From the NCBI GenBank assembly GCA_900552285.1, contig URYV01000001.1, forward strand, positions 1-40,300: DNA of 40,300 nucleotides, in the 5' to 3' direction. A program made the translations under genes and the position numbers. Source of the DNA: an uncultured Oscillospiraceae bacterium (GTDB lineage: Bacteria > Bacillota > Clostridia > Oscillospirales > Acutalibacteraceae). Under the pieces are notes generated by a model that was not told the origin of the DNA, made no database searches, and was given only the letters and a program-made list of their open reading frames with translations. Shown piece after piece: positions 24,536-32,175 of the stretch. Position 1 is the first letter of the stretch; every line of letters begins with the position of its first letter.

Positions 24536-24958
24536 TTATTTTTTGAAATCTTTTTTTATGTCTATATAGGCGTTGAGCACAAAGGCGCCTTCGTCCCGTT
24601 CATATTGAACCGTGCCGCAGCCCGACCCCGCAAAGGCGAATTCGTCCGACAGCGACTCGACATAGTTTGAAATACGCATGAACATTTTATAGCACTCGAT
24701 GCCGTTTGAGGTTTCGGGCACGAAAATGTCAAGGGAAAGCCGCGCCGAAAATTGCCGATTGTAAAGAAGGGTTGAGGGTTCGGTGTCGGAATATATCTCC
24801 TTTACCTGCTCATAGGCGTCTTTAATGCCTATGGCGACATATTCCCCCGTGAGGGGGGCGGGCTTGACCTCTCCCGTAAAACCGCAAATAAAGTTGATGT
24901 CGGAAAGGTTTTCCTTGGCTTCCAGCTTTGTTTTTGTGTTGAGAATGATGTTGCTCAG
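24536..24958 (-). CDS. Putative head-tail joining / tail-completion-like protein (about 140 aa) with no canonical start codon
   Basis: The track reports only 24536-24721 (GTG start, 61 aa). The same frame stays open and coding-like up to 24958: LSNIILNTKTKLEAKENLSDINFICGFTGEVKPAPLTGEYVAIGIKDAYEQVKEIYSDTEPSTLLYNRQFSARLSLDIFV.... That stretch contains no in-frame ATG, GTG or TTG. A CTG at 24958 lies 1 nt after the upstream stop. Gene position and size fit a neck protein. Confidence 0.5.
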   Translation of the reverse strand: MSNIILNTKTKLEAKENLSDINFICGFTGEVKPAPLTGEYVAIGIKDAYEQVKEIYSDTEPSTLLYNRQFSARLSLDIFVPETSNGIECYKMFMRISNYVESLSDEFAFAGSGCGTVQYERDEGAFVLNAYIDIKKDFKK

Positions 24959-24959
24959 A

Positions 24960-25325
24960 CTAACCGTTTTGCCCGGCCTCCTCTCCTATAACCGTCCGAA
25001 TGACCGCCCAGTTGTAAAAGGGCTTGTCCCCGTTCCACACCGTTTCGGCCTTGACGATGTAATATTTGTCGGTTCCGCATTTTATTCGTGAGTCCGCCGA
25101 AATATCCGTAAGACTCACCTCGCAGGGGCCGATATAGAGAAAATGAGATTGGTCGATACGGCCTATTTTGGAGCGTATGCCCATAAGATACATCTTGTTT
25201 TTATACCGCAGAGGCTGTATAAAGGCGCGGTAGGGAGCCGAGTAGGTTTTGCCGTCTGCCGACAGCGTCACCGTGCGGCCGTAATTTGCAATGTATTTTG
25301 AAAGGGCTTTGGCGGGATTTTTCAT
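24960..25325 (-). CDS. Phage head-closure / head-tail adaptor protein (SPP1 gp16-like pattern)
   Basis: This is a 121-aa protein from the ATG at 25325, preceded by GGAGGAG and overlapping the upstream stop as ATGA. Its sequence (TVTLSADGKTYSAPYRAFIQPLRYK...YYIVKAETVWNGDKPFYNWAVIR) fits the head-tail joining family pattern. I rejected the Arg-rich extension to 25496 shown in the track. Confidence 0.6.
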   Translation of the reverse strand: MKNPAKALSKYIANYGRTVTLSADGKTYSAPYRAFIQPLRYKNKMYLMGIRSKIGRIDQSHFLYIGPCEVSLTDISADSRIKCGTDKYYIVKAETVWNGDKPFYNWAVIRTVIGEEAGQNG

Positions 25326-25696
25326 TGCTCCTCCTCCGTTTTGGCAAAATAGAAGTTTCGGTCGCAAAGCAGCGGGCTGATTTCGGCAAAGGCCGAATTT
25401 TTGAGCTGAGTCGCCGCTGTTATTTTTTCGGCGGCCGATTGTTTTACCGTAACGTCGCCGGCCGAGAAATCGGTGTCGCCCTCGGTTGCGGCGCACACCA
25501 AAACATAGTTAAGAAAGGCGTCGGCGGCCGCGGCCGAACAAAGTGCAACGCGGTTCTTTTCGCAAAGCGCCTCGGGCTTTACCTTTTTTGAAAGGTCCTC
25601 GCAGTCCGCGTCGCAAAGGGTATACCACCCCACCGCCTCGTCACGGGGAAGCCCCGTGAGAGTGCGGAAGGTCTCAAAAATCAGCAGTATATCCAT
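25322..25696 (-). CDS. Phage head-tail connector (gp6/gp15-like) protein
   Basis: This is a 124-aa acidic helical protein encoded immediately after the capsid gene, the conserved position for this function. Its ATG lies 1 nt after the capsid gene stop. Confidence 0.55.
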   Translation of the reverse strand: MDILLIFETFRTLTGLPRDEAVGWYTLCDADCEDLSKKVKPEALCEKNRVALCSAAAADAFLNYVLVCAATEGDTDFSAGDVTVKQSAAEKITAATQLKNSAFAEISPLLCDRNFYFAKTEEEQ

Positions 25697-25697
25697 A

Positions 25698-26705
25698 TTA
25701 AGCGCCCGTGTTCTGGGTGACGGTGAAGTTAAGGGTCTTTACGGCGTCGCCGATGATTTTGGAGAAGCCGGAAATGGTGGTGATGGCGGTGCGCTCCAGC
25801 TGCTTGTCGATAAGACGGTCGCTGTCGACGGCGATGTCCTGTGCAACCACCATTTCGAGAGCATAGTTTTTGTCAAAGCCCACGGCCAGCTTCTGCTGAT
25901 CCTTTGCGATGATGATGTCAAATCCGAGACCCGTCTTAAAGCCGTCGGGAGAGCCTATCTTCATGCCGAAATCGGAATTGGAGAAATAGGTGTTGGACAT
26001 CATTTTGGTGATGTTGTCGGGGCTGACGATGAGGGTGTTGAGCTCATAGGGGAGAAGAGCCTGCCAAAGCTTCATGACGTCGGGAAGACCGAACTTGTCC
26101 TTGTCGGCGGGGTCGGAGGCGGCGGCGCCGGTGGTCAGAGCGGTGATTGCGTCGTTGAACTGCTGCTTTGCGATGTGGGCGCCGATCTGCTTTAATGTGA
26201 CGGTGAAAAGGTCAAGGCGCTGGAATTTAAGAGCCTCGTAGGAGGCGGTGAGCATACGTCCGTGCTTTTTAAGCTCCACAAGGGAGGAGCTGACCGAAAC
26301 GTTGGTCTCGGGAATGGCGGCGCCTTCGGCGACCTCCTTAAGCTCAAGAGCCGAGTCGGCGGGGTTGCTGACAATGCTGCGATAGTCCATGCCGTTTATG
26401 TGGGTGGTGGCGGCGACTATCTTGCTGAGCAGGTTTTTCTCCTGCATACCCGTCTTGACCGAACGGCAGAGATATTCGGGGAAAAGTGCGGCTGCCGACG
26501 AGGAGGAGTAGAATTTTTCCACCGTGTCGGAGCAGGGCCCCGCCACCTTGATGTCAAAACGCTTGAGCTGGCGCTGGAAGGCGTCCAGTCCCTCAAGGTC
26601 GGTGCCTTTATAGTTTTCCGAGGGGTCGATGGATTCCAGGGCGGCGGTAATTCCGCCTCTGACGTTGTACATTCCTTTTTCGAGAGTGATATTTTCGTAT
26701 GACAT
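25698..26705 (-). CDS. Phage major capsid protein (HK97-fold)
   Basis: This is a 335-aa ORF located after the protease/scaffold gene. Its composition and length are typical of HK97-fold capsid proteins that lack a delta domain. An RBS (AAGGA) lies 9 nt upstream. Confidence 0.8.
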   Translation of the reverse strand: MSYENITLEKGMYNVRGGITAALESIDPSENYKGTDLEGLDAFQRQLKRFDIKVAGPCSDTVEKFYSSSSAAALFPEYLCRSVKTGMQEKNLLSKIVAATTHINGMDYRSIVSNPADSALELKEVAEGAAIPETNVSVSSSLVELKKHGRMLTASYEALKFQRLDLFTVTLKQIGAHIAKQQFNDAITALTTGAAASDPADKDKFGLPDVMKLWQALLPYELNTLIVSPDNITKMMSNTYFSNSDFGMKIGSPDGFKTGLGFDIIIAKDQQKLAVGFDKNYALEMVVAQDIAVDSDRLIDKQLERTAITTISGFSKIIGDAVKTLNFTVTQNTGA

Positions 26706-26723
26706 AATTTTTTGTCCTTTCTT

Positions 26724-27071
26724 TTATATAATAAATTTGTCGTTTTGGGGCTTTTCGCGGTTGCTTTGGGGATTTACCTGGCGGGGAAGGGGATAATCCT
26801 TGCCGATTTCGTCCTCAAAAAGCTTTTTAAGGGTGAAAAGCTTTTCGGGCTCGAGATTTTCGCAGAATTTCTCAAAGTTTTTGGCTCCGATGTCGGGGTT
26901 TGTGATACCGCCGAGACGGGAAACCTCCTTTCTGAGATTTTCCAGCTGGCATTTGCCGAAGGAGGCAAGCTTTTTAAGCTCGGAAAGTTCTTCTCGAAAC
27001 AGTTTGCATTGCTCTTCGGTAAAGGTGACCGAACCCTTTTTAAGTTCCTTTTCGATTTGGTCGAAATTCAT
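26724..27071 (-). CDS. Possible nested in-frame scaffold protein (115 aa) translated from an internal start within the protease gene
   Basis: An in-frame ATG at 27071 (Met216) is preceded by a strong SD, AAGGAAGGGAGGTGAACAA-ATG. The arrangement is analogous to lambda C/Nu3 and P2 gpO. Confidence 0.4.
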   Translation of the reverse strand: MNFDQIEKELKKGSVTFTEEQCKLFREELSELKKLASFGKCQLENLRKEVSRLGGITNPDIGAKNFEKFCENLEPEKLFTLKKLFEDEIGKDYPLPRQVNPQSNREKPQNDKFII

Positions 27072-27716
27072 TTGTTCACCTCCCTTCCTTTGGGAAAAGC
27101 CCTTTGTGACGCCGGCCTTTGGCTGCGCCGGGACGGCCACAAAGCTCCATTCATAGGCATCGGTGGGCTGCTCGAGATTGTAATAGCAAAGTGTCCTGTC
27201 CGCCCCCGAGCCGTAAAAACGGCCCTTTCTGTGGCTGCATGGGCTTTCCCGCTGATCCTTGCCGCACACCGAGCAAACCGCCTTTGCGACGGCACATCCC
27301 ACGCTGACCTCTTTTTTGATTCCGGCGTCGATTTCGGCAATCATGTCGGCGTTTTTCGCGGTGTTCGGCATATAGGCTCTGGCCTTTAAACGGCAGTAGC
27401 GCTCTCCTGTTTTGGTCTGCTGTCCGTCGGGATATTCCACCTGCGTATCGAAGATACGGGCGACCTGATCCCGTCCCTTGCACGAATGGTCGAATATTCC
27501 TGTTTTTCCGATATAGAGAGCGGCAAGAGTCTTAAGAGACTGCTCGCTGAACCGTTCAAAGTCCCTGTCCACGTCGTTGTCGCAAAGCACCACCGAGAAA
27601 ACAAATACCTCGTCGGCTTTGAGTATTCTGCGGGAGAGCCGATTTATCTTTTCAAGCTCGGCCTCGGTGGGCGCCCCGCTTTTTTCGGTTATAAAACCTT
27701 CCTTCAAAAAAATCAT
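26724..27716 (-). CDS. Prohead serine protease fused to a C-terminal coiled-coil scaffold-like domain
   Basis: This is a 330-aa ORF. The HK97-type protease features are GIFDHS (His), KKEVSVGC (Ser) and YEWSFVAVPAQP. The C-terminal 115 aa are charged and helical (ELKKGSVTFTEEQCKLFREELSELKKLASF...). Its ATG overlaps the portal stop as ATGA. Confidence 0.75.
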   Translation of the reverse strand: MIFLKEGFITEKSGAPTEAELEKINRLSRRILKADEVFVFSVVLCDNDVDRDFERFSEQSLKTLAALYIGKTGIFDHSCKGRDQVARIFDTQVEYPDGQQTKTGERYCRLKARAYMPNTAKNADMIAEIDAGIKKEVSVGCAVAKAVCSVCGKDQRESPCSHRKGRFYGSGADRTLCYYNLEQPTDAYEWSFVAVPAQPKAGVTKGFSQRKGGEQMNFDQIEKELKKGSVTFTEEQCKLFREELSELKKLASFGKCQLENLRKEVSRLGGITNPDIGAKNFEKFCENLEPEKLFTLKKLFEDEIGKDYPLPRQVNPQSNREKPQNDKFII

Positions 27717-28879
27717 CCTTTCTCGTTTTCGATTTTATGTCTGATTTGCTCGGCCTGCATACGGTAAAGCTCGGCCTTGGCAAGCTCGACCTCGTCCTTG
27801 AGCGAAATGTCCTCGAAATCGATTTTGACGCCTGTGTCAAAGCCGCCGAGGGCAAGCCACATTCGGCATATCTTTTCGATTGCCGGGGTGATTATGCGGC
27901 GGTATCCCCAAATCTCGCTTGTCAGCATATCCGACTGCTCCGAGGACATTCGTTCGGTGGAGCTCCACGAAAGCCCCAGCATAAAGGGCGGAATTCCCAG
28001 TCTCGAAACTATCTGCTCGGTCATCTGCCGCGCGGGAATTTCACAGTCGAGGGTTTTTGCGTCGGCGCCGATGACCTTGATGTCCACATCGCCCACCGCC
28101 ACAAAATCGCTGACCCGTCCGTCCTTGTTTTCCCGCATGGCCTTGCTCCAGGCGTCGGCCATCTGTTTGGCTCTGTCCTTCGCAAAGGCCTTGTCCGACG
28201 GGTCGGAGGAGGGCTTGTAGGTCACGGCAAACCGCAGGTTTCCCATGCGTTCGAAATTGACCTTCTCGGTTTCATAGATTTTGGTAAGCACACCCGCCAC
28301 AAAGGGAAGGCTGCGAAGCAGGGAATTCCCGCAAAGCTCGCCGGCCTTGGGACCGAGTACGCTGACGGTGAAAAGCTCGGGATATTTCACCTTTTTGAAT
28401 TCGGTGCCGCAGAGCGCCGCAATGTCGACTCCGCCGCCCTTTTTTCTCAAAAGCTCGATGCTTTGAAGGGGGCAGCAATAAAGAGCCGCCACCGTGTCAA
28501 AATCGGCCGAGGGCACGATTTCGGCCACCGCCGTGCCGTACATGAGAAGTCCGTCGAGATATTGGGCGATAAAGGCTTCTATACCGTTCATGCAGTCGCC
28601 CACGGGCACTCGGGACAGAAAATCCTCAAGTCCCTCCTGCGCCCGCTCGTCGGCACAGGTCACCTTAAGTCCCCCCGACAGGCTCACGAGCTTTGACAGC
28701 GCCGCGTCGACAATGGGTATGCCCTCGCGAACCGAGTCGTAAAGTCCGAATTCCGGCTTGCCCAGCGGCACATATCGGTCAAAGGCCGAAAAACAGCAGC
28801 CCGATTTCGCCACGGCCGGCACAAAGGCGGGAATTTCTTCCTTTTGAGACCGTGCCTTAAAAAAATCAAATGGTTTCAT
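27713..28879 (-). CDS. Phage portal protein
   Basis: This is a protein of about 388 aa encoded directly after the large terminase. Its size and order are typical of HK97-family portals. I prefer the ATG at 28879, which has AAGGAG 6 nt upstream, over the TTG at 28882. Confidence 0.8.
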   Translation of the reverse strand: MKPFDFFKARSQKEEIPAFVPAVAKSGCCFSAFDRYVPLGKPEFGLYDSVREGIPIVDAALSKLVSLSGGLKVTCADERAQEGLEDFLSRVPVGDCMNGIEAFIAQYLDGLLMYGTAVAEIVPSADFDTVAALYCCPLQSIELLRKKGGGVDIAALCGTEFKKVKYPELFTVSVLGPKAGELCGNSLLRSLPFVAGVLTKIYETEKVNFERMGNLRFAVTYKPSSDPSDKAFAKDRAKQMADAWSKAMRENKDGRVSDFVAVGDVDIKVIGADAKTLDCEIPARQMTEQIVSRLGIPPFMLGLSWSSTERMSSEQSDMLTSEIWGYRRIITPAIEKICRMWLALGGFDTGVKIDFEDISLKDEVELAKAELYRMQAEQIRHKIENEKG

Positions 28880-28930
28880 CAAATTCTCCTTTTCTTAATT
28901 TTTGTATGTAAAATGAAGCTTCATGTTTGA

Positions 28931-30178
28931 CTATCTGTCCACCGAAATAACGGCAAAGCAGTCCTCCTCTTTTGAAAGCACGGTGGAAACAAAATACCGT
29001 ATGTCGTCCATGGCGTGGTCGTTTTCCTTGACGGGACAGTCCTTAACGCTGTTTTCGTCCCAGCGGTAGAGAGAAAATTCCCTGAATGTGTCGGCGCAGC
29101 TCTTTGAAAAGGACAGCCGCCCCTCTCTGAGCGCTTCGGCCACAAGGTTTATGCCCTCTCTCACCGAGTTTTTTGCCGGAATGACATTGAATTTTCCGTG
29201 ACGGCGTATGCAGGTCATGAATGAGGCGGCCGACGGGTCGCAAATAACGGCCGAAATGTTTCTGCCCTTCGCAAGCCTTTCCAGCTCGGCATAATATTCC
29301 TCGTCGGTTTTTTGCTCGCCTCTTTGCTTTCCCGAATAGTAATATTCGGCCATGCGGTGGGCCTTTTTGCCCTTTACCCCCCAAAGCCCCATGGACATGG
29401 GATTAAGGGTGCCGTAGTCGCAGGAAATGTAGTATTCGTCAAAGCGGTCCTCGGTCTCCCGCGCAAATTTTTCTTCCGAAAACATGGGATAAACAAGCCC
29501 GTCGGCCGCCACCCAAAGGCCCTTAACGAATCGGTCGTAAAAAGCCCCCGAATAGAGCGTTTCGTATCTCTTTCGAATGTCTTCCGAAAGTGCGGGATTG
29601 TCATCCATGGTGAAATGAAGATACAGGGCGTTTTTTTGCTCGGCCTTTAATATCCATTCCCGATAAAACCAATGCCGCGGGTGCTCGGGATTGCAGTTGA
29701 ACCAAAATTTCGAGCCGCTCACCGAGCATCTTGCCACCGTCTGCTCCACAAAGGAGCGGGGCATGAGGGCAACCTCGTCAAGCAGCGCTCCCGAAAGGGT
29801 CATGCCCTGAATAAGCGCCGCCGAGGACTCGTCCCGCCCTCCGAAAAAGTAAAATCGGTTGAACCGCGCCCCCTTTGACACGATCATGTGGTTTTGAGAG
29901 GCCTTGATTTCACAGTGAAAGCCCAGCTCCCCAAGCTGTTCGCACAGCGGAACGATTATGTTGCGCTTGAGGGCGGTCACCGTTTTGCCGCAAAGGGCAA
30001 AGGAGGCGCCGCTGAAGGCCGAAAAGGCCCAAAGCACAAAGGAAATGGACATACAAAGCGTCTTTCCCGACCGCACGGCGCCGTCGCAAATACAGGCGTC
30101 GCGGTCTTTATAGGGGCTCTGCTCGGTCCACCAGCAAAGCAGCTCAAGCTGTTTTCTCGAAAAGGGCTTAAAGTTCAT
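28931..30178 (-). CDS. terL: Terminase large subunit (PBSX/Terminase_3-like)
   Basis: This is a 415-aa ORF with Walker A DGAVRSGKT, Walker-B-like LLDEV and a C-terminal nuclease domain (HAMDDIRY). It overlaps the terS stop by 11 nt. Confidence 0.88.
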   Translation of the reverse strand: MNFKPFSRKQLELLCWWTEQSPYKDRDACICDGAVRSGKTLCMSISFVLWAFSAFSGASFALCGKTVTALKRNIIVPLCEQLGELGFHCEIKASQNHMIVSKGARFNRFYFFGGRDESSAALIQGMTLSGALLDEVALMPRSFVEQTVARCSVSGSKFWFNCNPEHPRHWFYREWILKAEQKNALYLHFTMDDNPALSEDIRKRYETLYSGAFYDRFVKGLWVAADGLVYPMFSEEKFARETEDRFDEYYISCDYGTLNPMSMGLWGVKGKKAHRMAEYYYSGKQRGEQKTDEEYYAELERLAKGRNISAVICDPSAASFMTCIRRHGKFNVIPAKNSVREGINLVAEALREGRLSFSKSCADTFREFSLYRWDENSVKDCPVKENDHAMDDIRYFVSTVLSKEEDCFAVISVDR

Positions 30179-30644
30179 CGCGTTCTCCCTCTTTCAGGGC
30201 TTCGGCTCCCTTTTTGAGAGCCTCGTAAAAGGGCGGGAGGACAGCGGATTCTGAACTTTGTTCCAGCTGTGAAAGCTTTTCGAGAGCCTTGAGACGGTCG
30301 AAAAATTTAATTTCCATGCCGCCTCCCTTTTGCCGCTTTATTTCGGATATTCCGAAAAGGTCGAGTCCTTCGATTTCCCGGTCGGTAATGCTGTCGGCGA
30401 GCATAAGCTTCACTGCGTCGGCAATCGAGCCGAAAGCTATGCGCCTCAGACCGGCTTTAAAATCGTCTTTTTCCGAAAAGCGTTTCTCTCTTATCTGTCT
30501 GATGCGGCTTTGTATTTCCTCCGATTCAAGCAGCGCCAAGGCCTTCTTTTCGGGGAAGAGCTTATACCCCGCCCGAAAGGCGGCCTCCCTCGGATTTGCC
30601 GTCTGACAAAAAAGCTCACAGAATTCTTTTTCTTTCGGTTTCAT
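30168..30644 (-). CDS. terS: Terminase small subunit
   Basis: This is a 158-aa protein from the ATG at 30644, which has AGGAGG 8 nt upstream. The N-terminal HTH-like segment KEKEFCELFCQTANPREAAFRAGY is typical of P27-family small terminases. Confidence 0.75.
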   Translation of the reverse strand: MKPKEKEFCELFCQTANPREAAFRAGYKLFPEKKALALLESEEIQSRIRQIREKRFSEKDDFKAGLRRIAFGSIADAVKLMLADSITDREIEGLDLFGISEIKRQKGGGMEIKFFDRLKALEKLSQLEQSSESAVLPPFYEALKKGAEALKEGERDEL

Positions 30645-30858
30645 ATCGCTGTCCTCCTTGAGCACCTGTTACATATGCAAGCCGTCGTGCGGCTTACAAT
30701 AACGGTCCCGAAAAGGGCCGTCGGTTGCATAAAACCATGCAACAAAGTAATAAAAAAATATTTTTTTCATAAAAATTAAAAAAAGCCCCGATAAGGGAGA
30801 GCCTTTCGCAGGTCTTGCGAAAAGCAGCCCTTCGGGGGAGGAAATAAGGAGGAAGAAG

Positions 30859-32097
30859 ATGAAAAAAACAAGGGTCTTTGCCGCCGTTTTGCTTGCCCTT
30901 TTGCTTGTTCAAACGGGGGTCTGCGCCGATGAAAACGCTTTCGCAGGGGAGCCGAGGGTGGTCACCGAATATATGAACGATACCCTCTATGAAAGCTTTG
31001 AGGAGCCGCCCGTGCTTCCCGCCTCGGGAAATGTCATGCCCGACATTCCGGCCTCGTCGGCGCTGCTTTGCGAGGTGTCAACCGGCACGGTGCTTTTTGA
31101 AAAGGACGCCGACAGTCGCCGCCCGCCCGCCTCCATAACCAAAATAATGACCATGCTGCTGACGGTGGAGGCCGTCGAGTCGGGAAAAATATCCTTTAAT
31201 GACACCGTCACCGCCTCAAAACACGCCTGCTCCATGGGCGGCTCTCAGATATGGCTTGAGGAAGGGGAGACCATGGTGCTTTCCGACCTTTTGAAGGCGG
31301 TGGCCGTGGGTTCTGCCAACGACGCGGCGGTCGCCGTTGCCGAGCACATCGCAGGCAGCGAGGAGGCCTTTGCCGTTCTCATGAACAAGCGGGCGGCAGA
31401 GCTCGGCATGAAGGATACCCATTTTGTCAACGCAAGCGGCCTTGACGCCGACGGCCACATTAGCACGGCGGCCGACGTGGCAAAAATGGCCTGCGAGCTT
31501 TTAAAGCACGATGTCATAAAAAATTACACCACAATTTGGACCGACACCCTTCGAAACGGCAAAACGCAGCTTGTCAACACCAACAAGCTCATAAGATTTT
31601 ACGAGGGAGCCACCGGCCTCAAAACCGGAACCACCGACAAGGCGGGCTACTGCGTTACCGCCTCGGCAAAAAAGAACGGCACCGAGCTTGTGGCGGTTAT
31701 TCTCGACGGCCAGACAAGCGATTTGCGATTCACCGCCGCAAAGGCGCTGCTCAATTACGGCTTTGCGAATTTTGAGACCGCCTTTCCCCAAATCGGGGAG
31801 GAGGCGCTGCTTGAGGTGCCGGTAAGGGGCGGGCAAAAGTCCTATGTTAAGCTCGAGGGGGCAAAAAATAACCGCCTGCTGACCGAAAAGGGCAGAGGCG
31901 GCGATATTGAGGTAAAAATAGAGCTTGAACCGTCCGTCGACGCTCCCGTCGCAAAGGGTCGGATATTGGGACACGCGGTATTTTCCCTTGACGGCGAGAC
32001 GCTTATGACAAAAGAGCTTTATGCCTGCGAGGAGGTAAAGCAAAAGACCTTCGGCTTTTCCCTCGGGGCCTTCGGACGGCGCTTTTTCGCCATTTAG
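30859..32097 (+). CDS. D-alanyl-D-alanine carboxypeptidase (S11, PBP5/DacB/DacF-like)
   Basis: This is a 412-aa ORF with a signal peptide, the SxxK motif ASITKIM, an SxN-type motif (GSAND), KTGTT and a C-terminal PBP5 beta-sandwich domain. An RBS (AAGGAGG) is present. Confidence 0.9.
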   Translation: MKKTRVFAAVLLALLLVQTGVCADENAFAGEPRVVTEYMNDTLYESFEEPPVLPASGNVMPDIPASSALLCEVSTGTVLFEKDADSRRPPASITKIMTMLLTVEAVESGKISFNDTVTASKHACSMGGSQIWLEEGETMVLSDLLKAVAVGSANDAAVAVAEHIAGSEEAFAVLMNKRAAELGMKDTHFVNASGLDADGHISTAADVAKMACELLKHDVIKNYTTIWTDTLRNGKTQLVNTNKLIRFYEGATGLKTGTTDKAGYCVTASAKKNGTELVAVILDGQTSDLRFTAAKALLNYGFANFETAFPQIGEEALLEVPVRGGQKSYVKLEGAKNNRLLTEKGRGGDIEVKIELEPSVDAPVAKGRILGHAVFSLDGETLMTKELYACEEVKQKTFGFSLGAFGRRFFAI

Positions 32098-32125
32098 TTT
32101 TCGAAAAACAGGATTGTCGGCAAAA

Positions 32126-32160
32126 AAATACTCCCTTCGGTTTGACCGAAGGGAGTATTT
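32126..32160. terminator. Bidirectional rho-independent terminator between the convergent dac gene and rny
   Basis: A perfect 15-bp stem pairs AAATACTCCCTTCGG (32126-32140) with CCGAAGGGAGTATTT (32146-32160). The loop is TTTGA. An A7 run lies upstream and TTTG downstream. Confidence 0.85.
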
Positions 32161-32175
32161 GCATTTGATTAAATT

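Larger units (their letters stand above)
24536..30665 (-). mobile_element. Phage-derived DNA-packaging and head-morphogenesis module (TerS to head-tail joining proteins). It lacks tail, lysis, integration, regulation and replication genes.
   Basis: Eight co-directional genes are tightly packed and partly overlapping, with canonical caudoviral late-gene order. putP and a terminator bound the module on the left. An AT-rich spacer and a DD-carboxypeptidase gene bound it on the right. Confidence 0.85.

Noticed and set aside
25326-25496. Arg-rich 57-aa N-terminal extension of the head-closure ORF (track start 25496)
   Set aside because: The extension lies entirely inside the connector gene in another frame and has basic low-complexity composition. 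The ATG at 25325 has a GGAGGAG RBS and forms an ATGA overlap with the upstream stop.
28913-28924. 12-bp perfect palindrome ATGAAGCTTCAT between terL and the portal gene, considered as a pac/cos-related or regulatory site
   Set aside because: It is too short to distinguish from chance. It lies in a 48-nt intergenic spacer and has no repeats elsewhere in the module.
30694-30912. 72-aa minus-strand ORF in the spacer upstream of terS, considered as a possible phage regulator or excisionase
   Set aside because: It overlaps the RBS and start of the DD-carboxypeptidase gene on the other strand. Its composition is odd (Cys/Phe/Leu-rich), and it has no RBS and no HTH-like motif.
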